A stretch of DNA of 64,000 nucleotides from Octopus vulgaris (Eukaryota). The notes under the pieces are model-generated. The model worked only from the letters and a program-made list of their open reading frames with translations. It made no database searches and was not told the DNA's origin. Positions 30,775 through 44,900 of this stretch are shown one piece after another. The stretch's first letter is position 1. Every line of letters starts with the position of its first letter. The position numbers were made by a program, and so were the translations under genes. The stretch is taken from positions 107,818,001 through 107,882,000 of the forward strand of contig OX597819.1 in assembly GCA_951406725.2 (NCBI GenBank). Reading direction: 5' to 3'.

Positions 30775-32455
30775 CTGTCTGTCTATCTGTATGTCTGTAT
30801 GTATGTATGTATGTATGTTTGTATGTATGTATGTATGTATAGAATATATATATATATATATATATAAATTAATCAAAATAAAAACATGATGCCAAGGATT
30901 CAGCGGTACATATGTTTCGGGCCTTTATTAGACGGATTTATAACAATGCATAATGTGCGCCTGTGGCCTTCTTCAGCCGCGCACAACTACTTCTTCAAGG
31001 ACATGTATTACATCAAAACTTCCTGGTTGGGTATGCAAATCCTCTCATTCGCGTACGACGTAATGCGGCAACAGCATAAAAATAAAACGTCCATCTCGTT
31101 CTTCTCTCAATGTAGAATGAGGAAGTTTGGATGTTGAAGCAATATAAATAAATTAATAAATAAATATATACATATATAAATATATAAATACAGACAGACG
31201 TGAAGGAACCTGGAAATAAGAGCAAATAGAGATAAAGATGGAGGGGCGAGAATTCAGGACGGAGGATAAAAAATATATAAAAAGTGTAAGTATAGAAAAA
31301 TATAAAAATGTAGAGTATAAAGATATAAAGAGATATAAAAGATATAAAAAAATATAAATGAATATAAAGGTAAAAAGTTATAAAAATAAAAATAAAAAGT
31401 GTAAAAGAATATAAGGATAAGGGATATATAGTAGTTACGGACCAAACATGGTGGTCAGGAAAATGACAAATTCTGGTTGTAGAAATCTTGGGTGTCATAA
31501 ATCAATCGGGCCGTCTGGGGACCTAGTGTATTGTAAATTAGAGTTGTTGAGCAGCTTATGTAGTTCTTCGTAACGTATTAAATGGTCATCGTGTACATAC
31601 GCACCCGCGTGGATACATACACCCATATACACGCACACATATACGCACGCGTACGCAGCTACACGCACGCGTACGCAGCTACACGCATACAAGCATACAT
31701 ACGTACTCACGTGTAAACATATACAGATGTATATGGAAAAAAGGCGCATGTAGTTGGGTACACGAACCGACGCGCACGCGTACGTATATACATACACTCT
31801 CATGCGTTCATATAGGCACACTCGCACTTACACGCATTTACAAGACGAAGTGAATCCCTATGCGTGTGGGCAGGAATATGTATATACCTGCCCTCGCGTC
31901 CACCCCCACGTACATGGGGCAGTAGATCTCTATGTCTATGTACATATATATATATATATACATACACACACACATACGCATATACATATACACACACACA
32001 TATGCATACATATATATGCACATACATACATATGCATATATACACATATGCACCCACACACATACGCATATACATATACACACACACATATATATGCACA
32101 TACATACATGTGCATATATACACATATACATATACATACACACAAATATACACACGCCCATACCCGCACACGCACATATATATATGTGTGCGTACATGCA
32201 CACCCACGTGTGCATACATACACGCATACACGCATACACACGGACCCATGCACACGTATCCACACGCACACACACGCACATCTGTGTGTCCATACGTGCG
32301 TGTGCGCATACACTTAGATACGCATACACAGACACCCACACATATAGGTATCTAAGTGTATGCGCATCATGTTTTTATTTTGATTAATTTACTCCACCAC
32401 CTACACCACCTAACGGTATATACAGGTGCTTACAATTATCAAGTACTCATCCCGA

Positions 32456-32501
<46 letters not shown>

Positions 32502-32612
32502 TTAATCAAATATATTCAATGAGAATATTATATACTGAATTTCTAATAAGGGTCTAAAGCATTAAAAGTATTTAGACACTTAATAGGAGCGATTATATAT
32601 TATATATTCTCT

Positions 32613-32753
32613 CGTCAGAGAGAAAGAGGGCGAACCTCCGTGCAGTCAATCGAATGCCACTCAAAAATATTTTTAAAAAATATGATGTTTAAGGATATTG
32701 TTTTGAGTGGCATTCGATCGACTGCACGGAGGTTCGCCCTCTTCCTTTCTGAC
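32613..32753. repeat. Inverted repeat (arms about 55 bp)
   Basis: AAGAGGGCGAACCTCCGTGCAGTCAATCGAATGCCACTCAAAA versus TTTTGAGTGGCATTCGATCGACTGCACGGAGGTTCGCCCTCTT. Confidence 0.85.
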
Positions 32754-32998
32754 GATTGGATGTGTTGCCCAGTAGTGATTGTCGATTTTGGATTCCGTTT
32801 CTGGGGGTAGTGCATTCGCAGAGCGATCGTAAGATGTTTTAAACTTTTGAACCTTTTAAATCGTCATACTTTATATATTTGTACATCTATCTGTAAGTAC
32901 AATGTTGTTTTGGACGTATGTCTTCTGTGATGATTTTTTTTATGTAATTTTCTTGCTCTTATTTTATAAGATAATATATATATCATTTGTATATGTGT

Positions 32999-33080
<82 letters not shown>

Positions 33081-33938
33081 AGAAGTGAGTCTGATAAAAC
33101 ATTCTCTTTCGACCGAATATCTGGTTCTTTGAATATTTAATTCTAAGTACCTAGCCATGTTCTTATGTCTACATAACCCCAGGAATTACGAATATATGCA
33201 TACATATATGCGTACATATGACTAACTTATTCAAGTAATTAGCAAGATTGTTCATGCAAGTAAGGACTCAGTACGTTGTAATGTGGAGGTAAATGTTTTA
33301 CATGCAGGAGACAAGATAGGATTTGACCAATGTGTTTGTATATATGTGTGAGCGAGTGCGCACGCATGTATGTATGCGTGTGCATATTGAAAAGGCCTCT
33401 GTTTTATCTTTGTTATTGTAAATATTTTGGAATATTAAAGGATGCAGATTCGTTATTAATGTTTCCAGAGTTACAGGTATTATTTTCTGGATCAAGAGAC
33501 GTTGGCATGTGTTTCTGTCGATTTATAAACAAGCAGGGCTAATATAAGTGGTGTTGACATTATTGCCAAAATTAGAATGTATAACTGGTAAGTTTTTCTC
33601 ATCAGTCAGCAATTTGTATGGTTTCCAATGACCTGCAACTAAAATGTGAGAGAGAAAAAATCGGTAAAAAGTAACGCTAAGTTTGATAGAAAAGCAGTTT
33701 CCCAAATATGAACATACATCACATGCGCGTGCGCACACACACGCACACACACACTCATATATATATATATATATACATATACACATACATTTACACATAT
33801 ACACATATATGCACACACATACATATTTCTATGGAAAAGTTATTGAGAGAGATGATAGATAGATAGATATGCATATAGAGAGAGATGATAGATAGATAGA
33901 TATGCATTTATATATAAACACGCGCACACACACACTAG

Positions 33939-33978
<40 letters not shown>

Positions 33979-34850
33979 TACATATATACACAGATGGATG
34001 GATACATGCATGCATGTATGCATGGATGCATGCATATATAAGTAAATAGGCAAATGATAACAGGCGTAAGGAATGTATTTATATGAAAATTTGTGTATGC
34101 AATTTGCTTGATGTAATGAAGCCTTATCGTCATGGCTGCTTTAGATGATCGATGAGTGGTTGCTATAACGATGGAAGCAGGTGAAATAGTGAGGCAACAT
34201 CGTAGATATAAATAAAAGCAAAGCAAAATATCAACTAGCACGGATTTTGATAGCACCGTGCCGTAGAATCACGATATTCTTTTCAGAAGACAAAGAACAA
34301 GTTGGATCATGGGAGATAGAGTTTATAATATATATATTGAGGTCGATAAATTAGATAGGGAGAAATGCATTGTCGAACGGCTATAACGAGAGGTAAAACA
34401 GTATAGCTTGGATAAAGAGAAGAAATGCAAGTGTGTGTATTAGTGATGTGAAAGGAAGTATAGCTACAGCGGTAAATGTCTGAGGGAGAGATTGAGTGAT
34501 CAAGGGAATGATAGAAACAGCAAAGAGACAGAGAAAAGACCAAGCTTGAACGGACTCAGAAAGACTTCCATAAATTCTTTATAAATTATAATCTTTTTTG
34601 TAAAATAGCACTAAAATAACCAACGTTTCCGACATTGCTCTAGAAATAAACTCTAGTTTATATTCCCCTTACCATATAGTTAAATGTACTCACCCGAGAT
34701 CTGTTTTGAATAGCAAGCCAGAATCAAATATTTTCGAAGTAAACAACCATCGTTAATAATAAGCATCGTTTTAACAATTATATATACGTGTATGTGTATG
34801 TATGTATGAATGTGTGAGTGTGTGAGTGTGTGTGTGTGTGTGTGTGCGTG

Positions 34851-34914
<64 letters not shown>

Positions 34915-35221
34915 ATGTACATTCAAATCATCATAGGACACCTAGTATGCTAGGAGTAGCCAAAATCCAAACCACTATTAGGAATAAATAATTTTTTCTT
35001 ACCCTGATATTCATTAATTATTGATAATTTTTGGCAAATTGTCGCAGGAATGCCGGCATAATTTTTATATGCTGCCGACAAAAAACTGCGCTTGCGCGGT
35101 GGATTTGAAAAATTATAATATATAAGCACGAGGCGTATGCTGTATTGCCTCGTATTTATATGTTAATCTTGGTGTACCTGCTGAAGAAAGCTCCGTCTAG
35201 CAAATTATTTTATCTGCTAAT

Positions 35222-35587
35222 TTAGAGACGGTCCCTATCTGAAGTTTTGGATTTCTTCCGGAGTTTGGTTTCGACAAGGAGGTTTTTCCCTCTTTCTCAA
35301 AGGCTGTCATTACTTTCGAGACAGTACTTCTTGATACACAAAACATTTCAGCTGTTTTCGTTACACTAGCGCCTGCCATACGAGCGCCAACAATTTTACC
35401 TCTTTGAAAGTCCGATGAATTTTAATTACCTTTTTCTGATGATATCTGAAAAGAAAGAACAATTTTAACAAAACATATTAAGCAACACAAATAATAAATC
35501 AAAGAACATAAAAATAAACAAGTTTTGGCGGTTTTATAGATATTTTATAAATATGCTAGGTGTTTCCATTATTTTATGCAACCCCTG
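35222..35587 (-). mobile_element. 5' fragment of a Tc1-like transposon
   Basis: TA|CAGGGGTTGCATAAAATAATGGAAACACC end; paired-type HTH remnant SDFQRGKIVGARMAGASVTKTAEMFCVSRSTVSKV...SGRNPKL. Confidence 0.8.
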
Positions 35588-35589
35588 TA

Positions 35590-35630
<41 letters not shown>

Positions 35631-36242
35631 TGGAGAGAAAAAGAGAAACAGATATTCTGAAAATCTTGACTTAATTCAAGAAATTCGATGTATAAGGCAG
35701 TAGATAGTTAATATTTGGATATTAAATAGACACAGTTTTCCATATCTTTTAACTTCAAGGCGTATACTAGCGAGTAACAATACTAAACTCAAATGTTATA
35801 TGTGAAATCCAAAATACATTAAATATATCACTCTTCATTCCATGTTATTAAAGAGTGAGAAATGTATAGATCTGATGAATACGTCCGTTTGCCTGTGTCT
35901 GTTGATTGAATGAATTTCTAGAGACATTATACTTCATATGAATGTATAATACATAAATAAAGGATACATTATGTTACGTGTGTGTATATGAACACGATGA
36001 GGTTATGTGTGATGATAACTATGTAAAATAAATGTATATCTTACATGTATGTTCGCAGGTATTTGCTTTAATATTAACGTTGATACAACGCATTCAACAC
36101 TTTTTTTGTTTATAAGGATGTGTATACATATATTTCCGTACACATTTATACACACATGGGTACACTCAAACACATACTCTCCACAATACACAAGCATACG
36201 TATATAAGCACTCCCAGACATACTCATCAATACACACGTATG

Positions 36243-36332
<90 letters not shown>

Positions 36333-36531
36333 TAGACAGAGAGATAGATGGATAGATAGATAGATGGATAGATAGATAGATATATACATACATACATACA
36401 TACATACATACATACATACATACATACATGCATGCATGCATGCATGCATGCATGCATGCATACATACATACATACATACATACATACATACATACATACA
36501 TACATACATACATACATACATACATACAAAG

Positions 36532-37080
36532 TGTGATGGGTAAATTTTCACCATTTTATATTTTTAATTTCACGCATTGCTTGTTTTTCATTCTGTCGAC
36601 TACACAGTATAGTAGGGTCAATTGGGCACCGTCTGTGAGAAAAACAGTCCCATGATGCATTTCACTCAACCAGAAATTTGGAGTCGACATGCTGTACTGC
36701 TTGGCATTCGCACCGGAAGCTTTAATACGAACATTTCTGAGTGTTGGGTGTCAATCTGAGGACATGTAGCGAGAGTGATAAAAATCAAACATCAAGTCAA
36801 CATCATAGTGTTTGGAGTGATCACTAGTGATGCCAACGTTATGCTTCCATTCAGCTTCCCACGCGGCCTCAGACTCAACACGGAGACATAGTTCAAGTCC
36901 CTGGAGGAGGTAGTGCTGCCCTGGGTCAAGAGGCTGGCTACTTGAAGACCCCTATGTCTGGCAACAGGACTCTGCACCGCGCCACAGAAAAAGGAGAACC
37001 TAGTCATGTCTGTCAGACAATTTTTACAACATCACCCCTAACATCTGGCCACCTAAATCCCCAGACTGCCACCCATGATT
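36532..37080 (+). mobile_element. DD37D (maT-type) deletion derivative, 3' truncated
   Basis: Homologous to 7077 and 28344; WQQDSAP and WPPKSPDC remnants. Confidence 0.8.
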
Positions 37081-37284
37081 ACAAGGTGGTGTTAGGGTAG
37101 TATTTTACGTACATTTGTTGTAAAAATTACAATGAAAGCAATTTTTAAATTTATCGATAAAATATGTAAAGTTCATGAAACAAATTTAAAGGTAACTAGT
37201 AGCAGTCGGAAAGAAGAAGAAATATCCAAAAGCGGTGGAAGTAATGGAAAGAAAAATATATAAAGATATATGAATATATATAGT

Positions 37285-37698
37285 AGGCGCAGGAACGGCT
37301 GTGTGGTAAGTAGCTTGCTTACCAAACACATGGTTCCGGGTTCAGTCCCACCACGTGGCACCTTGGGCAAGTGTCTTCTACTATAGCCTCGGGCCGACCA
37401 AAGTCTTGTGAATGGATTTGATAGACGGAAACTGAAAGAAGCCTGTCGTATATATGTATTTGTATATATATGTGTGTGTGTGTGTTTGTGTGTCTGTGTT
37501 TGTCCCCGCAACATCGCTTGACAACCGATGCTGGTGTGTTTACGTCCCCGTAACTTAGCGGTTCGGCAAAAGAGACCGATAGAATAAGTACTAGGCTTAC
37601 AAAGAATAAGTCCTGGGGTCAATTTGCTCGAATAAAGGCGGTGCTCCAGCATGACCACAGTCAAATGACTGAAACAAGTAAAAGAGTGAAAAAGAGTA
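37285..37698 (+). mobile_element. SINE family B, complete copy: tRNA head, CORE-like segment, internal microsatellite, LINE-like tail
   Basis: GGGTTCAGTCCC B-box-like; ACCTTGGGCAAGTGTC resembles CORE; tail shared with the LINE at 30530. Confidence 0.85.
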
Positions 37699-37764
37699 GT
37701 ATTAATTAATTAGTGAAATCTAGAATGAATGAATTTTAAAAGTACACTTTGATCTCAGCCAAAA

Positions 37765-37992
37765 AGCCTAGGAGGGATTGATTTCAAATTATAGCACAAG
37801 GCCAGCAATTTTGGAGGAACGGGTAAATCGATAACATCGATCCTAGTGCTCAACTGGTACTTATTTTGACAACTCCGAAAGGATGAAAGGCAATGTTGAC
37901 CTCGGCAGAGTTCGAACTCAGAACGTTTAAGCGGACGAAATGCCGTTAAGCATTTTGCCCGCCATGCTGACGACTCTGCAAGCTTGCCGCTA
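37765..37992 (-). mobile_element. SINE family A, diverged
   Basis: CGAAAGGATGAAAGGCAA...GACCTCGGC...GAACTCAGAACG on the + strand. Confidence 0.75.
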
Positions 37993-38486
37993 TAAGGAAT
38001 TTTAAAAGCTATAATTAAGCACAACGCATTCAACACTCTTTTGGAGGGCTTTTGTTTGTTTTACTTATGGTGATGTGCTTACAAATAATCCTGCACGCAC
38101 ATACACACACACACACACACACTTGTATACACCCCAAATTTACGATCACCCCAATATATAAACATGTATATAGAAGCACTCCCAAACATATACACGAACA
38201 CACACGTCATTCGTCAGTCAAGTGTGAAAAATGAATCGGATAGGTTTTAAATGACTGGTTAAACGTATTACTTAGACTCGGGACAAGAATGTCCTTAGTC
38301 ACACTTTAAATCTTCCCACTTTAAAGTGTGAAGGTTTCCGTGTTGGTTGTTGAGTGATAAATGTGAAATTGTATGTCCGTGTCCGTGTGTGACTCTGTGT
38401 AGGTGCGATTTTTTAATACATACATACATACATACATACATACATACATACATACATACATACATACATACATACATACATACATA

Positions 38487-39650
38487 GAGGAAATGTCTAC
38501 ACGGACGTTAAAACTCGTAACATCATGACATCAATTGGAAACATCCACAGATACAGTGACATTGACAGGTTCTATCTAAGAAGGGCGTAGAGGTTTGAGC
38601 TTATTGCGGGAAGTCTCTCTCAGGCAGCACTTGCTAATCAACAGTCGAAAAAATAAGTACATATACTTAGTGCTGAAAGGCGAAAAGAACAACATTCTAT
38701 GTGTCGGAAGTGAGCTCTTTAGAAAGCACTCTCTTCCTTATGACTTCCCATCCAACCCCAAAACACCAGGAACAACGTACTTAGAAAAAAACTGGATCCG
38801 AAACGCACAGCATATCATAAGAAGACTCTGCGTAGGTATGTTTCCTGGAGGCTTGAACACAGTAATATCGACATGAAGCATAGCCTCTCTCTTGGACTCG
38901 CGACCGCTGCACCACATCGCATTTCGAAGGCTATACATTTGCAATCCAAAAACAGAAGGTTGCAACGAGATAGCTATTGAACAAAAGAGACAGAGAAACC
39001 CTTGGAGCTCCAAGATGCAAGCGAAAATGTAGATTTTGTCATATTTCTGTAGAAGATATAACACATGTGATTAGCAGTACTATGTGACACGACGTTGTTG
39101 CAAAAACAATATACAATGTCATTCGGAAAAAAAAACTGTCCTGGAATAAAAATAGTGAATCCCTTTGTTATTGAATACATACACTAACATCAACACAAGG
39201 AATACTGGTGGAATATTCACATCAAAAGATTTGTCGAGTGGTAAACAAGCCGGATATTGTTGTTTGAGACAGGTAAGAAAAAGTATGCACCGTCATAGAG
39301 ATTAGCTGTTCTGCAGATATGAATATTTCTTTCAAAATCAAAGAGAAAGCCGAAGATAACTATGGGCAACTGCTTCGAAACCTCCAGCTTCTATATCCAG
39401 ATTATAAATACGCATTTATACCAATAACAATTGGTACACTTGGTTTTATTTAGTAACAATCAGAAAAATATATCAGTCAACTAACTCGCACATTACAAAT
39501 ACAATCTGTAAGTGAAACAGAAAAAAATATGCTAGACTCTTCTCACGTTTAAAATGTGACTGTTTTTGTTATCTACACTCCAATGACGAACGCTTGTATC
39601 TTTGTTAGAAACCAGCCTCTTCCTCGAGAGAAGAATTCAAATAATTGAAA
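38487..39650 (+). mobile_element. Decayed R4/Dong-like RLE non-LTR retrotransposon, 5'-truncated, starting at a (CATA)n array
   Basis: Remnants SDIDRFYL, EGYTFAIQ, CRFC..EDITHVIS zinc knuckle, YWWN, NKPDIVV, VIEISC, FIPITIGTLG. Confidence 0.85.
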
Positions 39651-40208
39651 ACATATATGTATTAGCTTAACAGTAATACCATAGACAGGGTAGTTAGATA
39701 CAGCGTGTAGATATTGGTCTGATACATTTACATATTAATGATAGAGTACTATGTACTTCTACCACGGAAGATAAATTATATTAATGATTATGCCTTTGTG
39801 ACTTCAGAATTCCCTGGCTAGGTTATAGTGAAGATTAGCGTGATTTGGTAACGTTATTAATATGGGGCTGTTGGAGTGGTATTAGCAGAAAAATCGATGA
39901 GTTGATCTGCTAGAAACATTACTACAGGTTATCATAGAGTCCTTTAGTGGTTATTCAGGTGATGAAGAAGCTGGTGATGCCGCCCAGTTGGTAACATTGT
40001 CATAATTAGTAGATGTCCTTCGGGAGGAAAATTTACGAGTTATTTATTCACTTGATGTTAACTGAGATTTTTCATATTCTGATATAATTAAGGCTGTGTT
40101 TCTGCCAACATATAACAGATAACATATATCTTTAAGGAAATTGCATTATGTTAGTCTTATAATGAGCCATTTCCCTAAGGGTTTACTGCTATTCTTGTCT
40201 GTGTGTGG

Positions 40209-40244
<36 letters not shown>

Positions 40245-40257
<13 letters not shown>

Positions 40258-40395
40258 ACATTATATATATATACATACACATTTATACATTATATATATT
40301 TCTATTCATTATCTCTCTCTCTCTCAATATATATATATATTGAGAGAGAGAGAGAGAGAGATAATGAATAGAAATATATATAATGTATAAATGTG

Positions 40396-40420
<25 letters not shown>
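40245..40420. repeat. Near-perfect palindrome (foldback duplication) centred on (TA)n at about 40333
   Basis: CATACACATTTATACATTATATATATTTCTATTCATTATCTCTC is mirrored by GAGAGATAATGAATAGAAATATATATAATGTATAAATGTGTATG. Confidence 0.85.
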
Positions 40421-40445
<25 letters not shown>

Positions 40446-40533
40446 GTATATATGTGTATATATATATATAATGTATATATGTGTATATACGTTATATATG
40501 AGTGTGTGCGCGCGTGTTCGTGCGTGTGTGTGT

Positions 40534-40578
<45 letters not shown>

Positions 40579-41088
40579 TGTCTGTGTCTGTCAGTCTGTC
40601 TGTCTGTGTTGCACAAGAAGCTATCAATAATATATCTGGTAAAATACTCCAGTGATAGAACATATTAAATATAATCACCAACCTCTGCCGTATGCCAGAC
40701 TAGTGCGATTTCTACACCGAGGAAATCTGACGATTTTTTCGCAAAAATTTTAATAAGAAGCCTTATCTATACGAGCGAGAAAGTGGTTGAAATTTGTTTC
40801 AATTGGTTTTAGTTTGTTTAATAAACAGCTGACACGAAGTTCGATTCGAATAAAGGTATGTTTCCCCTTTTTCCATCCAAGTTGCATTTTACCTTATATA
40901 TTTCATTCGCAATTAAACAGCTACTTAAATTTTTAAAAAAACTTATTTTTCAAATTTCTGAATGCTCTTATCAAATCGAAGTAAAATTTATTAACCTTCT
41001 AACTTTTAAAGATAATATTCCATGATTGTATTCACTTTTCCCCGTCAATAAGGGATTTTTCGCTGTTATTTATAAATTCGTTTGCATA

Positions 41089-42361
41089 CGAGGGGCGTTC
41101 AATAAGTAATGCCCCTGACCCACTTCCCATAGCAGTAGAGCAACGACACTTGGCACAGTTATTCCTACATAGGAACTACCCAGAGTTATGCATTTCTCCC
41201 ATCGTTTGATACAGCTCTGGAGACCGTTTTTGTAGAAGACCCCAGCTTGGTCCTCCAACCACGACGTGACTTCAGAAATCAAGGCTGCATCATCTGGGAA
41301 ACGCTTTCCTTTCAAAATCAACTTCATGGCTGGAAAGAGGTGAAAATCAGAGGAGGAGTTCATAGCTGCACACCTGTGCTTCTGATCTGGCGACACGCGA
41401 GTTGTGGACCGGAGCGTTGTCCTGCAGGAGGAGGGTGCCTTTGCTGATCTTGCCCCGCCTCTTGATTTTGATAACTTCTCTTAATTTCCTCAAAAGTGAA
41501 GCATAATAGGCTCCTGTAATTGTGGTACCCTTTGCCAGGAAATCTGTCATCACTACTCCGTCCTGGTCCCAGAAGACTGTGAACATAACCTTGTCAGCGG
41601 AGGGCTGCACCCTTGCCTTCTTTGGAGGAGGTGAGTCACGGGGCTTTCACTGCATTGACTGGGATTTGGTCTATGGATCATAGTGATGGACCCAGGTTTT
41701 ATCCTGTGTGATCAGTCTTTTGAAAAATTTTGACTCATCTTGGCACATCTCCAAATTCATCCCCGAGCACTCAACGCGTTCTTGCTTCTGGAAAGGTGTG
41801 AGCAACCTGGAAATCCATCTGGCAGACACCTTTTGCATATGCAAATGGTCATGAATGATAGTTTCCACAGACCCGGTACTAATCTTGACCTTATGGGCTA
41901 TTTGGCGAATAGTTATGCGTTGACCTTCCAAAATGGCAGCCTCAACTTGACGGACAGACGTCTCATCAACGGCAGAAGGGGGCGACCAGATCTGGGAGCT
42001 GTTTCCACAGAGTTCCGACTATGTTTGAATTCACAATGCCAGGTCATATGATGGGGCATCATCACCATAATGCCAAGGTCATATGATGGGGCATCATCAC
42101 CATAAGTTACTTTCATTTCATCAAAAGTCTCCCGTGGTGTGCGTCCTTTCAAATACAAAAACCAGATCACTGCTCGACACTCAACAGGCTCCATTTCACA
42201 CTTGACTCAGTTCAAACACCTGTAAATCAGAAACCACAATTAGTTCAGAGCTGTAATTCGCCACTTAATCTATAGAGGTATAAATAAGTGCACATGCAAA
42301 CTTTCAGCTAGATCAAACAACTGCAAGTGGGTCAGAAGCATTACTTATTGAACGCCCCTCG
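41089..42361 (-). mobile_element. Full-length defective mariner, copy 1
   Basis: TIR CGAGGGGCGTTCAATAAGTAATGC with TA at both ends; ITQDKTWVHHYDP, LLLQDNAPVH; frameshifts and stops. Confidence 0.95.
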
Positions 42362-42410
42362 TAAAAGCAGCTTTTTTTTTTATTGCATTCATGCATATAC
42401 ATACATATAT

Positions 42411-42990
42411 TCACACCTTTAAAAACAAGGAATACTAGTGGAACACCCCAATAAAAACATCAATTTGATGCCAACATAACAGACCTGATATTGTTCTATG
42501 GGGCAGAAATCAAAATTCATGCGCTGTTGTAGAGGCCAGCTGCCCTGCAGATGTGAATGTACAATCAAAATTCCAGGAAACAGAGAACATTTATGGCGAT
42601 TTAATGTGAAACTTACAGCTACTGTACTCTGACGATATATTCTGATTTGTACCTATCATCATAAGGGCATTAGGTTATGTACGAAAAGAATTTGCACAAA
42701 GCCTAGAAACACTTGGTTTTCACGGAAAAAGTGCAAAAGAAACTGGCGCGGAATCTCCAAATTTAATCTATTATTGGCACAGTTGTAAGACATTTCAGAA
42801 ATTCTCCATGTGAGATTCTTAGATGAATAGATGCACACACCTGAGTGTATGCATCGACAGTTCAAGCAACACACCAACTCAACCACGCATTTACAAACAC
42901 CGGGAACTCTCTTAACTCAAAAGGTCTCGTTGCTTTGTCAGCAACCGGTTTGAAGTCTCTCAAGAAGTTAAATCAAACTCAAAGAAAAAT
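42411..42990 (+). mobile_element. Decayed R4/Dong-like RLE fragment, copy 2
   Basis: HNRPDIVLW, AVVEASCPADVN, FVPIIIRALGY; flanked by decayed CATA/CA repeats. Confidence 0.75.
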
Positions 42991-43168
42991 CATACACACA
43001 CACATACATATTGTGTATAAAAGGTTAAGTGAAATCAATGGACATATCGCTGCAGACATGATGGCGTAGGGAGGAATATACTCGCTGACTGTCACTCAAA
43101 TCATGTAATCCTTATTATATATGCATATATATACATACATCTATAAATATATATGTGTATATATGTGT

Positions 43169-43340
43169 GTCAGATAGTGACCATTGGTTTCGCACTTATA
43201 AAGTGTTTAGCCGTATTAGCGACTCGTCAGATTCAAATGGCTAGAGACACGTCCTTCGTAGAAGTATGCCTTATACGCCTTATGAGGTCGATAATCTTTT
43301 TGAGCGGCATCCTCGTGTAGAACACGTTTGATGATATGGG

Positions 43341-43376
<36 letters not shown>

Positions 43377-43670
43377 TCTGTAGAGTAACCAAGATCGAAT
43401 AACTCCATAGTATCATAGAGAAAGCAGCTTTCGTGATTATGTATACGAGCACAGCCAGTGGTACTGCTATAGCCCACAAACCACGTGATGGCCCTTTGCA
43501 ATACACTCTGCGACTGGAATGAGTCGAATTTCCTACACAGCTAAGTGCGTTATAGGTGCGAAACCAATAGTCACTCTCTGACCGGCCATAACAAACAACC
43601 TTCCAAATATATTATTGTTCTAATGTTTTAGAGTGTGCTTCTTTTTCAGATATATGAACTGCTGACGATA
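43169..43670. mobile_element. Non-coding element with inverted hammerhead-like termini
   Basis: IR 43169-43201 versus 43550-43582; minus CTGACGAG...GCGAAACCAATGGTC; plus decayed ..ATGAGTCG...GCGAAACCAATAGTC; same family as 26516. Confidence 0.6.
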
Positions 43671-43677
43671 TATATGT

Positions 43678-43825
43678 ATCTGTTCTAAGTTCAAATTTCG
43701 CCGAGGTCGACTTGCCTTTCATCCTTTCAGGATCGATAAATTAAGTACCAATCAAATACTGAGATCGATGTGATCGACCATCCCCCTTCTCTCAAATTCT
43801 GAGCCTTGTGTCTATACCGGAAAGG
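43678..43825 (+). mobile_element. SINE family A, 5'-truncated
   Basis: GCCTTTCATCCTTTCAGGATCGATAAATTAAGTACC core. Confidence 0.75.
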
Positions 43826-43891
43826 ATACATATGTGTCTATGTGCGTGTGTGTGTGTATGTGTGTGTGTATGTGTTTGTGTGTGTGTGTGT

Positions 43892-44058
43892 GAAGGCGCA
43901 TGGCTCACTGGCTAGAGCATCGAGTTCACAATCATGAGGTAGTGAGCTCGATTTCTGAACCACGTTGTGTGTTGTGTTCTTGAGCAAGATACTTTATTTC
44001 GCGTTACTCCAGTTCATTCAGCTGTAAGAGTGAGTTGTGATGTCACTGGTGCCAAGCT
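43892..44058 (+). mobile_element. SINE family C
   Basis: Homologous to 57087-57417. Confidence 0.75.
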
Positions 44059-44067
44059 ATATATATA

Positions 44068-44900
44068 TGCTGATCCGTTAATCGTTAATTAACTAAGTTA
44101 ACATTTTCGTTAACGATTTGATTTTTAAGTTAACTTTGAAAATCATTATCGGACTAATTATTTTCCGTTACATTTAGCTTCCGTTAACTCAAAACTCGTC
44201 TTCTGCAGCCCCTTGGTCGGCGAAGTTTTGGCAGACGTCGACGAAAGATTTGCGACCCTCCTGAACGATGAGGAATGCCTACTGGCTGCTACATTCCTCC
44301 TCAAGTTTCGCCTCATCTGATTGGATAGGTATGATAGCAGCAAGTTCACCAAGGTGAGGAAAAGCATGGGGGATAAGGCCGAGGAGGCCATAAGGCAGCA
44401 GTCTGAGGAAGTGAGCTGCAACAGTAAAGGCAGCAAAAACGAAGAGGTGGAGGATGGCTGCTTCAGTGGTGTCACCCAAAAAAAGGGGAGCGGAAGTCAC
44501 AGTTCACTGAAGGACAAGGCCCAGAATTTAGAAAAGACCTGGTTGGAGACCAACTTCAAAGATCTGCTAATAGATGCTGCCTTCTTGAGTGAGCAAGTTT
44601 TGGTGGACTTGTTCATCAAGTTCAACACAGCTATCCCTTCCAGTGCTGCAACTGAACGTTTATTTTCCATGGGCAAGGACATCTTAAGTGCCAAAAGATC
44701 GTCCTTGTCTGGTGAAAATTTTAGTAAGTTAATTTTCATGAAGGGCAACATGAACCTCATCAACAACATGAAAAAGAAGAGGAAAAATGAAATTATGTAT
44801 ATATCGTGTTTTTCATTTTTTATTTTTACTTTTTACGGGCATTTTATCAATAATTTTTTTTAGCTTAATACTAATATTGTGTCTCAACTGAGTTTTTTTT
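44068..44900 (+). mobile_element. hAT transposon deletion derivative
   Basis: ORF 44321..44863 contains the hAT C-terminal dimerisation motif LFIKFNTAIPSSAATERLFS..DILSAKRSSLS.ENF..LIFMKGN; left end has GTTAAC subterminal repeats. Confidence 0.75.

Noticed and set aside
44321-44863. Domesticated ZBED-like host gene
   Set aside because: Only the C-terminal part is present; the upstream frame is broken and it sits close to a transposon-like end
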